Assembly: GCA_963829055.1 (NCBI GenBank)
Contig: CAWHHI010000017.1
Span: 64,001 to 128,000, forward strand
From: an uncultured Gemmatimonadaceae bacterium
GTDB lineage: Bacteria > Gemmatimonadota > Gemmatimonadetes > Gemmatimonadales > Gemmatimonadaceae
Reading direction: 5' to 3'
Length of the DNA stretch: 64,000 bases
Shown here in pieces: positions 9,843 through 20,840 of this stretch. The translations under genes were made by a program, and so were the position numbers. Positions within the stretch are counted from its first letter, which is position 1, and every line of letters starts with the position of its first letter. The notes beneath the pieces were generated by a model. The model had not been told where the DNA came from. It saw only the letters and a program-made list of their open reading frames with translations, and ran no database searches.

Positions 9843-10305
9843 CTATTTCTTTCGCCGCGGCCGTGCACTCGATCTCGATCAGTGCGCCTGGCACCACGAG
9901 GCCCGCGACGCCCACCGTTGTGCGTGCCGGAGGATCGTTCGGGAAGAACTCGCGGTAGACCCCGTTCATCGCCTGGAAGTCCTTCACGTCGGCGAGGAAC
10001 ACGGAGCACTTCGCGATGTCCTGCATCGTCCCGCCGGCGAGCGTCACCGAGGCCTTGATGTTCTCGAGCGCCTGACGCGTCTGGCCCTCGATCCCGCCCT
10101 CCGCGAGTCCGCCACCACCCGGCTTCGTCCCGAGCGCGCCGGAGAGAAAGACGATGTCGCCGACCTTCACGGCGGTCGACAGCACGCCCGGGCGGGCGTT
10201 AGGCGCGTTGATCACCTGCTTGGCGGCCTGGCCGAATACCGGCGCGGCGCTGAACATGCCCGCGATGACGGAGCAGGCAACGATCGCTCTACGATTTCTC
10301 TTCAT
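9843..10305 (-). CDS. RidA/YjgF-family protein with N-terminal signal peptide
   Basis: VFLSG, GQTRQALENI, DFQAMNGVYREFF, PPARTTV and LIEIEC motifs. True stop probably TAG at 9843 after a homopolymer slip; the ORF track extends it to 9718. Confidence 0.88.
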
Positions 10306-10371
10306 GGGAGGCACCTCGTTAGGAGAACTCTTGTCCAATGGATTCCTTGTGGATTTGTATTCACGCATCTT

Positions 10372-10512
10372 CGCGCCAGGGCCGGTGGGAACTACGATTC
10401 GGGCGGAATGGAACCCTCGGAAAACAGCCGGATGCTGTCGAGTCAGTCGCTCTGTATCCGGTGATTCATCGGCTTCTGTCCGCAAAATCGTAGTTCCCAC
10501 CGACCGCAGCGC
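10372..10512. repeat. Structured repeat family A, short copy
   Basis: GGCCGGTGGGAACTACGATT ... AAAATCGTAGTTCCCACCG inverted arms. Confidence 0.85.
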
Positions 10513-10525
10513 GACGATGTATCGC

Positions 10526-11486
10526 TCAAATCAGCACACGCAACGCACCCGGCATCACCCGGACCTCGAACTTCGTCCCCTCGGCCATGAGGTCCCCGCA
10601 CCCGAAGAACGCCGATCGTTTCTCCGTTTCTATCGTCACGCGCACGGCGCGCCACGCCGAGAAGACATTGGACGCGATCGCCGACCCGCGCAACAGGCGC
10701 GTCAGCGCCGAGAGGAGTCGGACGCGGGCGACGTCGTGCACCACACACACGTCCAGCGCACCGTCCGCGTTGTCCGCGGGCACGGGCAGCGCCAGCCCGC
10801 CACCTAACGTCCGCTGGTTCGCGATGAACACGCCCTGCGTGCGGACTTCCGTGCTCTGATCCGTCGCTTCGCCGGGCACGCGCCACGTCAGGCGGACGGT
10901 CTCCGTGAGGCCTGGCCGGAACAGCACGTTCGCGCCCGCGGATATCCGATAGACGCCGCTGCCAAGCGAGTCGGCGGCCATGCGCGCGAGTGGATGGAGC
11001 GCCTTGATCCATGGCACGACGAGCGCGCTGTGCGCCCCAATGCCGATTCCGCCCGCGGTCACGAACGGTCGCCCGTTCACCTCGAGCAGGTCGATCGCGC
11101 GGGTGCTGCGCCTGACGATGCGGTCGATCGCGCCGGCAATGTCATCCGGAATGCCATTCGCTCGCGCGAAATCATTGGCGGTCCCTAACGGGATGACGCC
11201 GAGCGGAACGCCGGTGCCGGCCAGCTCCTGCGCCACGAGTCTGACGGTGCCATCACCCCCGGCGGCAATCACTACCGCGGGTCGTTGCTCGGCCGCCATG
11301 CGCTCGTGCACGAGCGCCGCCGCTTCATCAGCGGAGCGCGGCGAGACGATCTCGATACCATAACGCCGCCCGAGCGCGCGCTCCGCCGGCTTGCGCCAGT
11401 CATCGCCGGCGAACACGGCGTGCGTGCGGATTGGCGACGACGAGCGCTGCGGCGGTCGCGCCAATCGGCGTTGGGCGGTGGACCAC
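10526..11486 (-). CDS. Diacylglycerol/lipid kinase (YegS/DAGK family), N-terminal frameshift
   Basis: VVANPHA, AAGGDGT, PLGTANDFA and DGALDV motifs. Confidence 0.87.
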
Positions 11487-11782
11487 GGGATTAGCCGCCG
11501 TCGAATGAAGGCGCCCGCGTAAGGCGAGGTCTGGATCACGGGGCGGTAAGCTAACCTCACTCGCGGCCCTTGCCAGCCATAGCCTGCGACGCGTACGATA
11601 TGCCCCCCGCGGGTTCGCGTTCGCGATCGTCGTCGAACGCAGTAGCGGGTTGCCTCCTCGCAGTCCGGAGTGCACCCACCGCAGGGCGCACGTCTCACAG
11701 CGCCTCACCTCACCGCACGCCACTTGCCGCCCGCGCCCTTTGGCGCGTGTCGCGGCGCAGGCGTCTCCGCAGGAGGGCAGGA

Positions 11783-14700
11783 ATGTTTCCACGCGAAGTA
11801 CGCACCACACTCATGACGATGGCGGCACTGGCTTGTCTGGTGCCGATCCGTTCCGTCATCGGCCAGCAGTCCGGCACCGTACGCGGACGCGTCACGGAAG
11901 CAGGCTCGCAGCGCCCGGTCTCCGACGTCCAGATGACTGTCGTAGGAACGAGCTTTGGGGCTTTGACCGGACAAAATGGCGAGTACACGATCACGAACGT
12001 TCCGGCCGGACCAGCGCTCGATTCGCGCGCGCCGACTGGGGTTCAATCCGCTCGACAAACCGGTCACGGTGACCGCGGGCTCCGCCGCAGCACTCGACTT
12101 CGCGCTCACGCAGTCGGCGACGCAGCTCGAGCAACTGATCGTCACCGGCACCGCCGGTGCCGCCGAACGGAAGACCATCGGCAACTCCGTTACGCAGCTG
12201 GACGTCGCCGACATCACGCAGAAGCAGGCCGTGCTCAACGTGAGCGAGGTGCTGCAGTCGAAGACGCCGGGCGTCACGATCCTGCCCGGTTCCGGCGCGC
12301 CGGGAACCGCGGGCGAGATCCGCATCCGCGGCTCCGCATCGATCAGCGGCTACAGGCCCGTCGTGTTCATCGACGGCATTCGCTACAGCATCGATGACCT
12401 CGGCAGCTTCGCGGCGACGGGCGGCGGCACGTTAGGGCTGGCGCAGTCGACGCAGGTCACGTCGGCGCTCAACTTCCTCAACCCGAACGACATCGAGTCG
12501 ATCGAGGTGATCAAGGGGCCAGCCGCGGCGACGCTCTACGGCGCCGAAGCGGCGAACGGCGTCATCCAGATCATCACGAAGAAGGGGACGCGCGGCCAGC
12601 AGAAGCTGCAGTTCGGCGTGAGAGGCGAGCGTGGCACGAACGACATGACGCTCGACCAGCCCACGAACTACACGACCTGCGATGCGACCAAGCGCGCGCA
12701 GCTCGAGACGGGATCGACGACGCAGCTATCATGGCCCGGCTGCCAGAACGTGGCGGATCGAACACGATCCTCACCGACAACCCGATCGCGCGCGATCCGC
12801 TCGCCGTGCGCAGCGGCGAGCTGTCGATCGTGCAGATGAACGTGCGCGGCGGCGGCGACCGCTACTCGTTCTATCTCTCGGGCGACCGGAGCGTCGAGCA
12901 GGGCGTGTTCTTCAACAGCGACAACAGTCAGAAGTCGGTCCGTACGAACTTCACCGTGAACCCTAACGAGAAGCTCGATTTCACGGTCAACGTGAACTGG
13001 CAGGATGGCCGGCTGCGCCTCCCGATCCAGGACGAGTCCGCGAACGGACTGCTCCTGAGCGGTTCGCGCGGACAGCCGGGTCACTTCCGGCCCCCGGCGA
13101 ATCAGGGGTGGCGCGAGATCGGGCCGACGGCCGCGAACCGCTACAAGAACTACACCGACTCCGACCGCCTCACACTTGGCGGCACGGCCAACTACAACCC
13201 CTTCTCCTGGTTCCACAATCGGGGGACCGTCGGCATCGACGACGACGCAGTCGCAGGCACAGTTGCTCTTCCTCCCCGGCGACATTGATCCGGCGCAGGA
13301 TCCGGATGCCGCCAGCGGCGCCAACCTTCGCAAGACGCCGAGTCGGCAAGTCGTGACGCTGGATTACTCGGGGAGCCTGCTCTTCCAGCCGCTCAAGTCC
13401 CTGCAGTCCACGACGTCGTTCGGGTCGCAGGTCGTCGCCGACAAGCTCGAACAGATCAGCGCCACCGGCATCGGCATCGGCGCGGTCGACGTGACGCGCG
13501 TCGATCTCCTGCAGCGTTCGACCGGCGGCGAGCTATTCAGCGAGAACAACTCGGTCGGGTACTACGTGCAGGAACAGGTCGGCCTGAACGATCGCCTCTT
13601 CCTCACTGGCGCCGTCCGCGCTGACGACCATTCGTCGTTCGGTAAGGATTTCGACATCGTCATCTACCCGAAGCTCTCGCTGGCCTACGTGGCTTCGGAA
13701 GAACCAGCGATCCGCGGTATTCTCGACGCGGCGCGGGTGAGCACGCTCAAGCTCCGCGGCGCATGGGGACAGGCGGGTCGTGCGCCAACGGCGTTCTCGG
13801 CGACCCAGACGTACACGGTGAGCCGCGTGACATTCGGCCACGACCACCGCCTCGGCGATCAACACGTCGATCTACGGCAACCCGAATCTCGAAGCCGAGC
13901 GCGGCTCCGAGATCGAGCTCGGGTTCGACGCCGGCGTGTTCAGCGAGCGGCTCGGCATCGACTTCACGTACTACAACAAGACGACCTCGAAGATGTTGCA
14001 GGCGGTGTCGATCGCACCGTCGACGGGGTTCATCGGGACGCGGCTCGCCAATCTCGGTGAGGTGACGAACAAGGGCATCGAGCTCTCAGTGTTCGGTGCA
14101 CCGGTGCAGCTCAAGAACTTCGGTTGGGACATGCGAGTCAACGTCGCGACGAACGCGAACAAGCTGACCAGCTTCGGCGTCGTCGGAAAGACGGTGGACA
14201 CCCCAACCGGTCAGCCGTTCGCCACGGTGCAGCAGCACCGACCCGGCTACCCGTTAGGCGGGTACTGGGTCACGCCGCCACAGCGCGCCGCGGACGGGTC
14301 GCCGATCATCGTCAACGGTGCGCCGGTGTACAACGCCGGCGATACCGCGCGCCGCTACATCGGCCCGTCCACACCAACGCGCGAGGTCGGGTTCTCGAAC
14401 ACGTTCAGCCTGTTCCGATACATCCGCGTGTATACGCTGCTCGACTACAAGGGCGGCCACTACATCTTCAACCAGAAGGAGCGGAGTCGCTGTCAGGCGG
14501 CGAACGACAACTGCGCCGCGAACAACGACCCGCGCGCGCGGTTCCCGGTGACGGCGGCCGACACGATCCTGTCCAAGGAGCTCATTCTCCGTCGTGTGGC
14601 AAACGTGTCGCCCGAGTGGATCCAGAAGGCGGACTTCGTGAAGTTGCGCGAGGTCTCGCTGACCGTGGATGTGCCGTCGCAGTGGATGCGACGCACCGGC

Positions 14701-14871
14701 GCCTCGTCAGCCAGCTTCGTGTTGTCCGGACGCAACCTCGCGATCTGGAGCGACTACGATGGCGTGGACCCCGAGGTGAACTCGTACGGCGGACGCAACT
14801 TCGTACGTATCGATGCGTACGCGCTGCCAATGGTCCGTCGGATGTCCGTCGGTTTCAACCTCCAATATTGA
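11783..14871 (+). CDS. SusC/RagA-type TonB-dependent receptor, several frameshifts
   Basis: N-terminal GTVRGRV domain; plug motif LNPNDIESIEVIKGPAAATLYGAEAANGVIQIITKKG; C-terminal DFVKLREVSL and GVDPEVN; RBS GGAGG. Confidence 0.92.
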
Positions 14872-14872
14872 C

Positions 14873-16249
14873 ATGAGCGAGCCGACACCTATGACGCATC
14901 CATTCTCGAAAACCGACCGGCTTGCGCGCCTGACGTCGCTGGGGGCCCTCGCCCTCGCGCTCGGCACCGCCGTTGCCTGCGAGAATTTCCTCACCGCCGA
15001 GAACCCCGGCGCCGTCGAGGCCGAAGACCTGAATGACCCGTCGTACGCGGGACTCATCGGCGCCGGGCCCATCTTCGCTTTTCAGGATTCGTGGGACGAC
15101 ATCACGTACTGGAACGGACAGCTCACCGACGAGATCATCAACCGGAACGGCCCGAACCCGTTCATCGAGGAAGGGCAGATCGACCGACGTGAGCTGTACT
15201 CGGATATGACGTACATCCCGGCGTTCATCTACTCGCCGGTCCAGCGCGCCCGGTTCCTCGCGGAGGACGCGGTTCGACGACTGACGGTGATTCTTGGCGA
15301 CACCGTCGGACGTGATCTGCGCGTTGCACGAGCGCTGGCGTACGGCGGGTATACGTACATCGGCCTCGGCGAGATGATGTGCACGACACCGATCGACCGC
15401 GGTGTGCCGAAGTCGTGGGAGGAGATGATGACGGATGCCGTGACGAAGTTCGACTCGGCAGTCGTGATCGCGAACGCCGCGAAGGCATACTACGCCACGC
15501 TGACGCCGGCGCAGCCTAACGCCATCCTCGCGGCGGACTCGGTGATCAACTTCGCGCGCGTGGGGGCGGCGCGGGCGTCGTTGAACAAGAACGACAAGGC
15601 GAAAGCAACGACGTACGCGCAGCTCGTGCCGGCCGCCTTCGTGTTCAATGCGTACTACACCGACAACACGACCGGGCAGATCCATCGCACCTACAACCGC
15701 ATCGGGACCGGCAACGGCGTCGGGACGCTAGGCGGAACCCCGTTCGAAGCGATGGCGGCGGACCCTCGCGTTCCGCGGGCCACGACGCCGGCGGCTCGCG
15801 CTGGCACGCCGCTCTCGCCACCATCGTACAGCTCGTTCAACAACACCGTCGCTGGCGCGAACTTCACGCCCGTAACGGCGGTGCGCGTCGCGTCGGGTCT
15901 CGAGGCGCGGTACATCATCGCTGAAGCAGCGGGTCCGACGGCGGCAACGTTGGCGTTCGTGAACGAGCGCCGCGCGGCAGGCCTGCAGACGCCGACGGCG
16001 GTCACGGGCGATGCGCTGATGGCCGAGCTGCGCGACCAGAAGTCGCGCGACTTCTATCTCGACAACCACCGGCTCGGCGACCTGCGCCGGTACAAGAAGT
16101 ACTACACCGTCGATCTGTTCCCGAAGGGTCCGTACCCTGGCTCGACGACGGGACAGGTCTACAACGAAACGATCGACTGCTGGCCGCTTCCGACGAACGA
16201 GATCAACGACAATCCGAATATTCCGCAGAGTAGCGGAAATCGGGAATAA
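14873..16249 (+). CDS. RagB/SusD-family lipoprotein
   Basis: Lipobox AVAC; EARYIIAEA; RDFYLDNHRLGDLRR; CWPLPTNEINDNPN; directly downstream of the SusC gene. Confidence 0.88.
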   Translation: MSEPTPMTHPFSKTDRLARLTSLGALALALGTAVACENFLTAENPGAVEAEDLNDPSYAGLIGAGPIFAFQDSWDDITYWNGQLTDEIINRNGPNPFIEEGQIDRRELYSDMTYIPAFIYSPVQRARFLAEDAVRRLTVILGDTVGRDLRVARALAYGGYTYIGLGEMMCTTPIDRGVPKSWEEMMTDAVTKFDSAVVIANAAKAYYATLTPAQPNAILAADSVINFARVGAARASLNKNDKAKATTYAQLVPAAFVFNAYYTDNTTGQIHRTYNRIGTGNGVGTLGGTPFEAMAADPRVPRATTPAARAGTPLSPPSYSSFNNTVAGANFTPVTAVRVASGLEARYIIAEAAGPTAATLAFVNERRAAGLQTPTAVTGDALMAELRDQKSRDFYLDNHRLGDLRRYKKYYTVDLFPKGPYPGSTTGQVYNETIDCWPLPTNEINDNPNIPQSSGNRE

Positions 16250-16301
16250 ACGGCAGCTGGTACGCTGGTCGCTCGTGCTTGTAGCTGGTCGGAACAGCAG
16301 A

Positions 16302-16333
16302 CCCCGGGATGCCTATTCGCGGCAGTCCCGGGG
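16302..16333 (+). terminator. GC-rich hairpin downstream of the susCD pair
   Basis: CCCCGGGATGCC-loop-GGCAGTCCCGGGG; no clear U-tract. Confidence 0.35.
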
Positions 16334-16484
16334 CTCATGCTCTGGAACAGGATCCGGCACGGGCCGTCGTAACGCATTGGTTCGGCGCCGTCCAGTCGGA
16401 CCAGGCGGCATTGGCGCCCGGGAACGGTTGAGCGGAGATTATCCGGCGACGGGTGGCCGCCGGCGCAGTCACATGCCGACCATC

Positions 16485-16520
16485 GATTCCCGATTCCGAT
16501 TCCCTATTCCCGATTCCCGA
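16485..16520. repeat. Heptamer tandem repeat (GATTCCC)n
   Basis: About five imperfect units immediately before the ATG at 16523; reverse-complement array at 53272-53313. Confidence 0.8.
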
Positions 16521-16522
16521 CG

Positions 16523-17224
16523 ATGTATCGACAGCTCGACGACGACCGCATCATCGAGACACTGGAGCGCCTCCGCGACCGAATCATGGAGCGATTTCCG
16601 GCGTCGAGCCTTGCGCGCGTGAGCGAGGAGCTCCTCTCGATCGCTCACGAGTCCGCCTCGCACGTCGCCTATCTGGCGAAGCCGAGCTGGCCGGTTCGCG
16701 TGAGCGTGGGAATCGCGATCATCGCAATGGTCGCGGTCCTCGGCGCGGCGGCCTCACAGATTCGAGTGAGCGGTGGATCGGCGGGTTGGACGGACATCGT
16801 GCAGGGTGTGGAAGCGGCCATCAACGACGTGGTCTTCCTCGGCATCGCGGTCTTCTTCATGCTGACGATCGAGACGCGACTCAAACGCCGCCGCGCGCTC
16901 CGGGCGCTGCATCAGCTGCGGAGCATTGCGCACGTCGTGGACATGCACCAGCTCACGAAGGACCCGGAGCAGTTGGTCTCGAACCCGCCGGCGACGGCCT
17001 CGTCGCCGACGCGCACGATGACCCGCGGCGAGCTCGGACGCTATCTCGACTACTGCAGTGAGCTGCTGTCGGTGACGAGCAAGATCGCGGCGCTGTTCGT
17101 CGAGCGGTTCGACGATCCGGTCACGTTAGGCGCGGTGAACGAGATCGAGTCGTTGACGGCGGGACTGTCGAGAAAGATCTGGCAGAAGATCAGCATGCTG
17201 AACGGAGCATCGAGCGTCGGATAG
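16523..17224 (+). CDS. Hypothetical membrane protein with two TM helices
   Basis: Clean ORF with two hydrophobic segments; motif-like HVVDMHQLTKDP, RYLDYCSELLS and LSRKIWQKI. Confidence 0.8.
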   Translation: MYRQLDDDRIIETLERLRDRIMERFPASSLARVSEELLSIAHESASHVAYLAKPSWPVRVSVGIAIIAMVAVLGAAASQIRVSGGSAGWTDIVQGVEAAINDVVFLGIAVFFMLTIETRLKRRRALRALHQLRSIAHVVDMHQLTKDPEQLVSNPPATASSPTRTMTRGELGRYLDYCSELLSVTSKIAALFVERFDDPVTLGAVNEIESLTAGLSRKIWQKISMLNGASSVG

Positions 17225-17230
17225 ATGCAG

Positions 17231-17388
17231 CAGCTGCACGCTGCTTTGCCGACGGCTGCATGCTGCGGCCGCACGCTGCCCGCTGCTGCTATTAGCACCC
17301 GAACGACCCACGCGCTGCTCGCTGCACGCAGCGGCGCACCCAGCGTCACCCAGCACACCAGCACGAGCCACCCAGCAACCAGCCGCAG
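17231..17388. repeat. Repeat family D (about 155 bp)
   Basis: TTGCCGACGGCTGCATGCTGCGGCCGCACGCTG...GCTATTAGC...CACCCAGCGTCACCCAGC; reverse-complement copy at 40505-40665; partial hairpin at 38447-38550. Confidence 0.85.
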
Positions 17389-17410
17389 TTCCCCGTTCCC
17401 CCGTTCCCGC

Positions 17411-19670
17411 CTAGCGAGTCACTCTCACCACCGGACGAACGAGCTTCACCCCCGATCGCGCGTCAGGCGTCGCCGGCGCCGCCGCCGCGGCGAGCATTGC
17501 CTCATCGCTCGGCACCTGGCCGTCCACGCGCCACTGCCAGACATAGCGGCCCTCGACCAGCGGCAATTCCACCAGCCACACATCGCCCGTCCGCGTCGCG
17601 GGCACCGGCTTGGCCGAGACGTTGCCGGTCAACTCGACGACCTTCGCGTCAGGCACCGCGGAAGCCGGAAGCTCGAACCGGACCACCTCGCCGAGGTATC
17701 GCTGCAGCAGGAAAAAATGATCGGGGTCGACGCGCGCATCGGTCACCGAGCCCAGGTCCGCGACGCGCACCGTGTCCGCGCGATGCGTGAGGTGCACCGA
17801 CCGCTTCACCGTCCCGGTGGCTGTCGTGAGGACGAGGTCGAGCGGAAGATCGAACACCACATCCGGCTGGCTTCTGCGTCACGATCACGCGATCGCCATC
17901 GACTCGCGCTTCGACGTCCGGGATGTACTTGCCGCTGAGCCAGGGGAGAATGAACGGCGTCATGTCCCGGCCCGCCGCTCGCGACATTGCCGCGATGAAT
18001 TCCTCGTAGCCGGCCGCGCGGCCCTGACGCCGGATCGCGATGTAGTCGCGCATCCCGCGGTCGAATGTCGCGGCGCCTAACGTGCGTTCCAGCGACCGGA
18101 ACACCCATGAGCCCTTCACGTAGTGAATGCGCCCATTGTCCGGGTTTCCTAAAATGCTCTGGCGTCCCTCGAACCCCGTCAGCCCCGAACGATCCTGACC
18201 CGCCGCGTATGACGTGCGCTGACGCTCCCAGAACGCCCGCTCCACATCCTTGCCATAGACGTCGCCGAGTACGGTGCCTTCCGCGAACGTGGCCCAGCCT
18301 TCCTGCAGCATGTTCGCCGCGAAGCCACTCGCGTTCATCGTCCACCCGTGCGAGATCTCGTGCGCGAGCACGTAGGACGGACCGAGCAGAACGTCGTCGA
18401 GAAACCTGGCGCCGGAACCGCCAGTCACGGCGTTGTTCATGCGCACCGAGAAGCCGCCGCGACCGAGCGCGCGATTCGCGATGATCGCCAGATACCGCGT
18501 CGGTGCCTGCGGCTCGCCGAACCGCCGCCCCAACACCCGATACACGCGCTCGGCGACCTTCGTGAGTGAGTCGTGCGTGAAGCGAAAGTCCGACGGGAGA
18601 AACGTCTCCACGCGTACCGGACCAACCGGCGTAGCGATCGTCGAAGACTCCACCCGCCAATCACGATCGTACGCCAGCGCGAGCAGGAACTGCGGGTGCA
18701 TGCTTCGAGCAACGACCGTGCGCACACCGTTCGCGACCGATTCGGTCTGCGGCACGCTCGTCGTTAGGCGATACGCCGCCGGAATGGTGATCGTCGCGCC
18801 GAGCTGAGCGAAGCTGTTGCCGCTGTCATACCCGAAGAACGGGAGCCAGGCATTGGTATTGTGGTATGCACCGAACGCGGGCACGGCGGGCGTCGTATCG
18901 CGCGGCGTCGCAGCGGAGTCACGCGCGGGCCTCGGCGCGTCCGGTCGGCTCTCGACGAGCGAGTACCGCATGACGAGCCTCGCGCCTCGCTTCGGCTTCG
19001 CGTCGAACCAGAAGACGCCGCCGCCGACCGTGTACACGACGGGTCGTCCATCGAGCGTCATCGACGCGATTCGCGCGGCGGTATTGAATCGCGCGACGAA
19101 ACCGTACGGGCTGCCAATGTCGAGCGTCAGCGTGTCGACGGCGTCGAGTCCCTGCCCCGGCGTGACGTTCGCATGCACGGTCTGCGCGCGGATGAAGTTC
19201 AGCGTATCGAGCGGGATCTGCCGCCCGAGCACCCACCTGTCCGCCGTCTTCGTCGCCTCGTACAGCCCAGAGAAGCGACGGACGCGGTTCGTCTCGTCGC
19301 TCCCGGCCGCGGCGTCGAGCGGCATCGGTCGCTCGCGTGCCGGGTACACGGTGCCGGCGAGCAGCAGCACCGCGCGCTCGGGTCCCTGCCAGATCACGCG
19401 CTGGATGTCCCCTCGCCTGAGCGAGCGCTGCTGCCCGGCGGACCGCACGACGTCACGGCCGAGCGGGTCGACGTACACGCTGTCGAACGCGTCGGGCGAT
19501 GCGCTCGCGAACCGAGCCATCACGAGGTGCGCGAGCGAGTCCGGCGTTGGGGCACCGAGCGTCGCCGCGGTCTGCGCCCGTGCTGGCCGCGCGGCCGCGG
19601 ACAACGCGACGAGCGGCGCGAGAATCGCTAGCACGCAGGCGATAAGTGTGGCCGAGCGTATGGCCTTCAT
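17411..19670 (-). CDS. Secreted M1/gluzincin-like metallopeptidase with C-terminal CBM48/AMPK-beta-like domain, frameshift near 17870
   Basis: Signal peptide; HEISH...LQEGWATF; YVKGSWV; C-terminal VELTGN...WLVELPLVEGRYVWQWRVDG. Confidence 0.8.
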
Positions 19671-19791
19671 TGAGTACACGATTGGTGACAACCTTCCAGG
19701 GTCCGACGCGTCAGGCGAGCGGGCGCTGCAGTATAGCACGCGCTGAAGCACGCGCCACGCAGGCTGTTTCTACTACCACGAACTGTTCGAG

Positions 19792-20766
19792 ATGACCGAT
19801 CGCATGACGGACCGCGCGGACAGCAGTAAACCCGAGACCGGCTCGAACGTCGCGATCTACGCGTCCATAGTGGCGAACGTCGCCATTGCCGCAACGAAGC
19901 TGACCGCGGCCACGATGAGTGGCAGTTCGGCCATGGTTGCCGAAGGTATGCACTCGCTCGTTGATGCCTCGGACGGCACGCTCCTGCTGATCGGCCGGCG
20001 TCGTAGCCTGAAGCCGGCGGACGCGTCGCATCCATTCGGATACGGCAAGGAGCTGTACTTCTGGACGCTCATCGTGGCGGTCGTGTTCTTCGCCGTCGGC
20101 GGCGGGATGTCCGTGTACGAGGGCATTCTCCACATCCTCCATCCCGAGCCGATCAGCGACCCGACGCTGAACTACATCGTGCTCGGCGTCGCCGCGCTGT
20201 TCGACGGCACGTCGTTCGTCATCGCGCTACGCACGCTGCGACGCGAGGCACCCGGGCAGAGCGTGATGCACGTCGTGAGGCACGGGAAGGACCCGGCGCT
20301 GTTCACCGTCGTGCTGGAGGACTTCGCGGACCTGGCGGGGCTCGCGTTCGCGTTCCTCGGCGTGTGGCTTGGACACTACTTCGCGAATCCCTATCTCGAT
20401 GGCGTCGCATCGATCGCGATTGGGCTGCTGCTGGCGGCCGTGGCGCTCGTGCTCGTCGCCCAGAGCCGCTCGCTGCTCATCGGGTCGCGCGCGAGCGGCG
20501 ACGTCCTCCGCGCCGTGAACGAGGCGGCCGAGGCGGACCCGAACATCGAGTTCGCCGATTGTCCGTTGAGCATGCAGCTCGGGCCTAACGAGGTACTCCT
20601 CGGCGTGAAGGCCCGGTTCGCACCGCATCTCTCGCGCGCCGAGATTGGCGCGTCGATTCGTGGGTTCGAGGATCGGCTGCGCGCCGCTCGCCCCGAGGTC
20701 CGGTACATATCCGTGGAGCCGGTCGCCGCGACGGATGCGTCGCGGCCTCCCGTCCTTGCGCGCTGA
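19792..20766 (+). CDS. Cation diffusion facilitator (CDF) transporter
   Basis: SSAMVAEGMHSLVD, HPFGYGKELYFW, VVLED and LDGVASIAIG motifs; six TM pattern. Confidence 0.92.
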   Translation: MTDRMTDRADSSKPETGSNVAIYASIVANVAIAATKLTAATMSGSSAMVAEGMHSLVDASDGTLLLIGRRRSLKPADASHPFGYGKELYFWTLIVAVVFFAVGGGMSVYEGILHILHPEPISDPTLNYIVLGVAALFDGTSFVIALRTLRREAPGQSVMHVVRHGKDPALFTVVLEDFADLAGLAFAFLGVWLGHYFANPYLDGVASIAIGLLLAAVALVLVAQSRSLLIGSRASGDVLRAVNEAAEADPNIEFADCPLSMQLGPNEVLLGVKARFAPHLSRAEIGASIRGFEDRLRAARPEVRYISVEPVAATDASRPPVLAR

Positions 20767-20840
20767 ACACGCCTCGACGCACGTTCCGCGATTCGACGGA
20801 CCAGTGATTCGCGGAGGCTCGTGATGAGCAGGGCAGTGTC

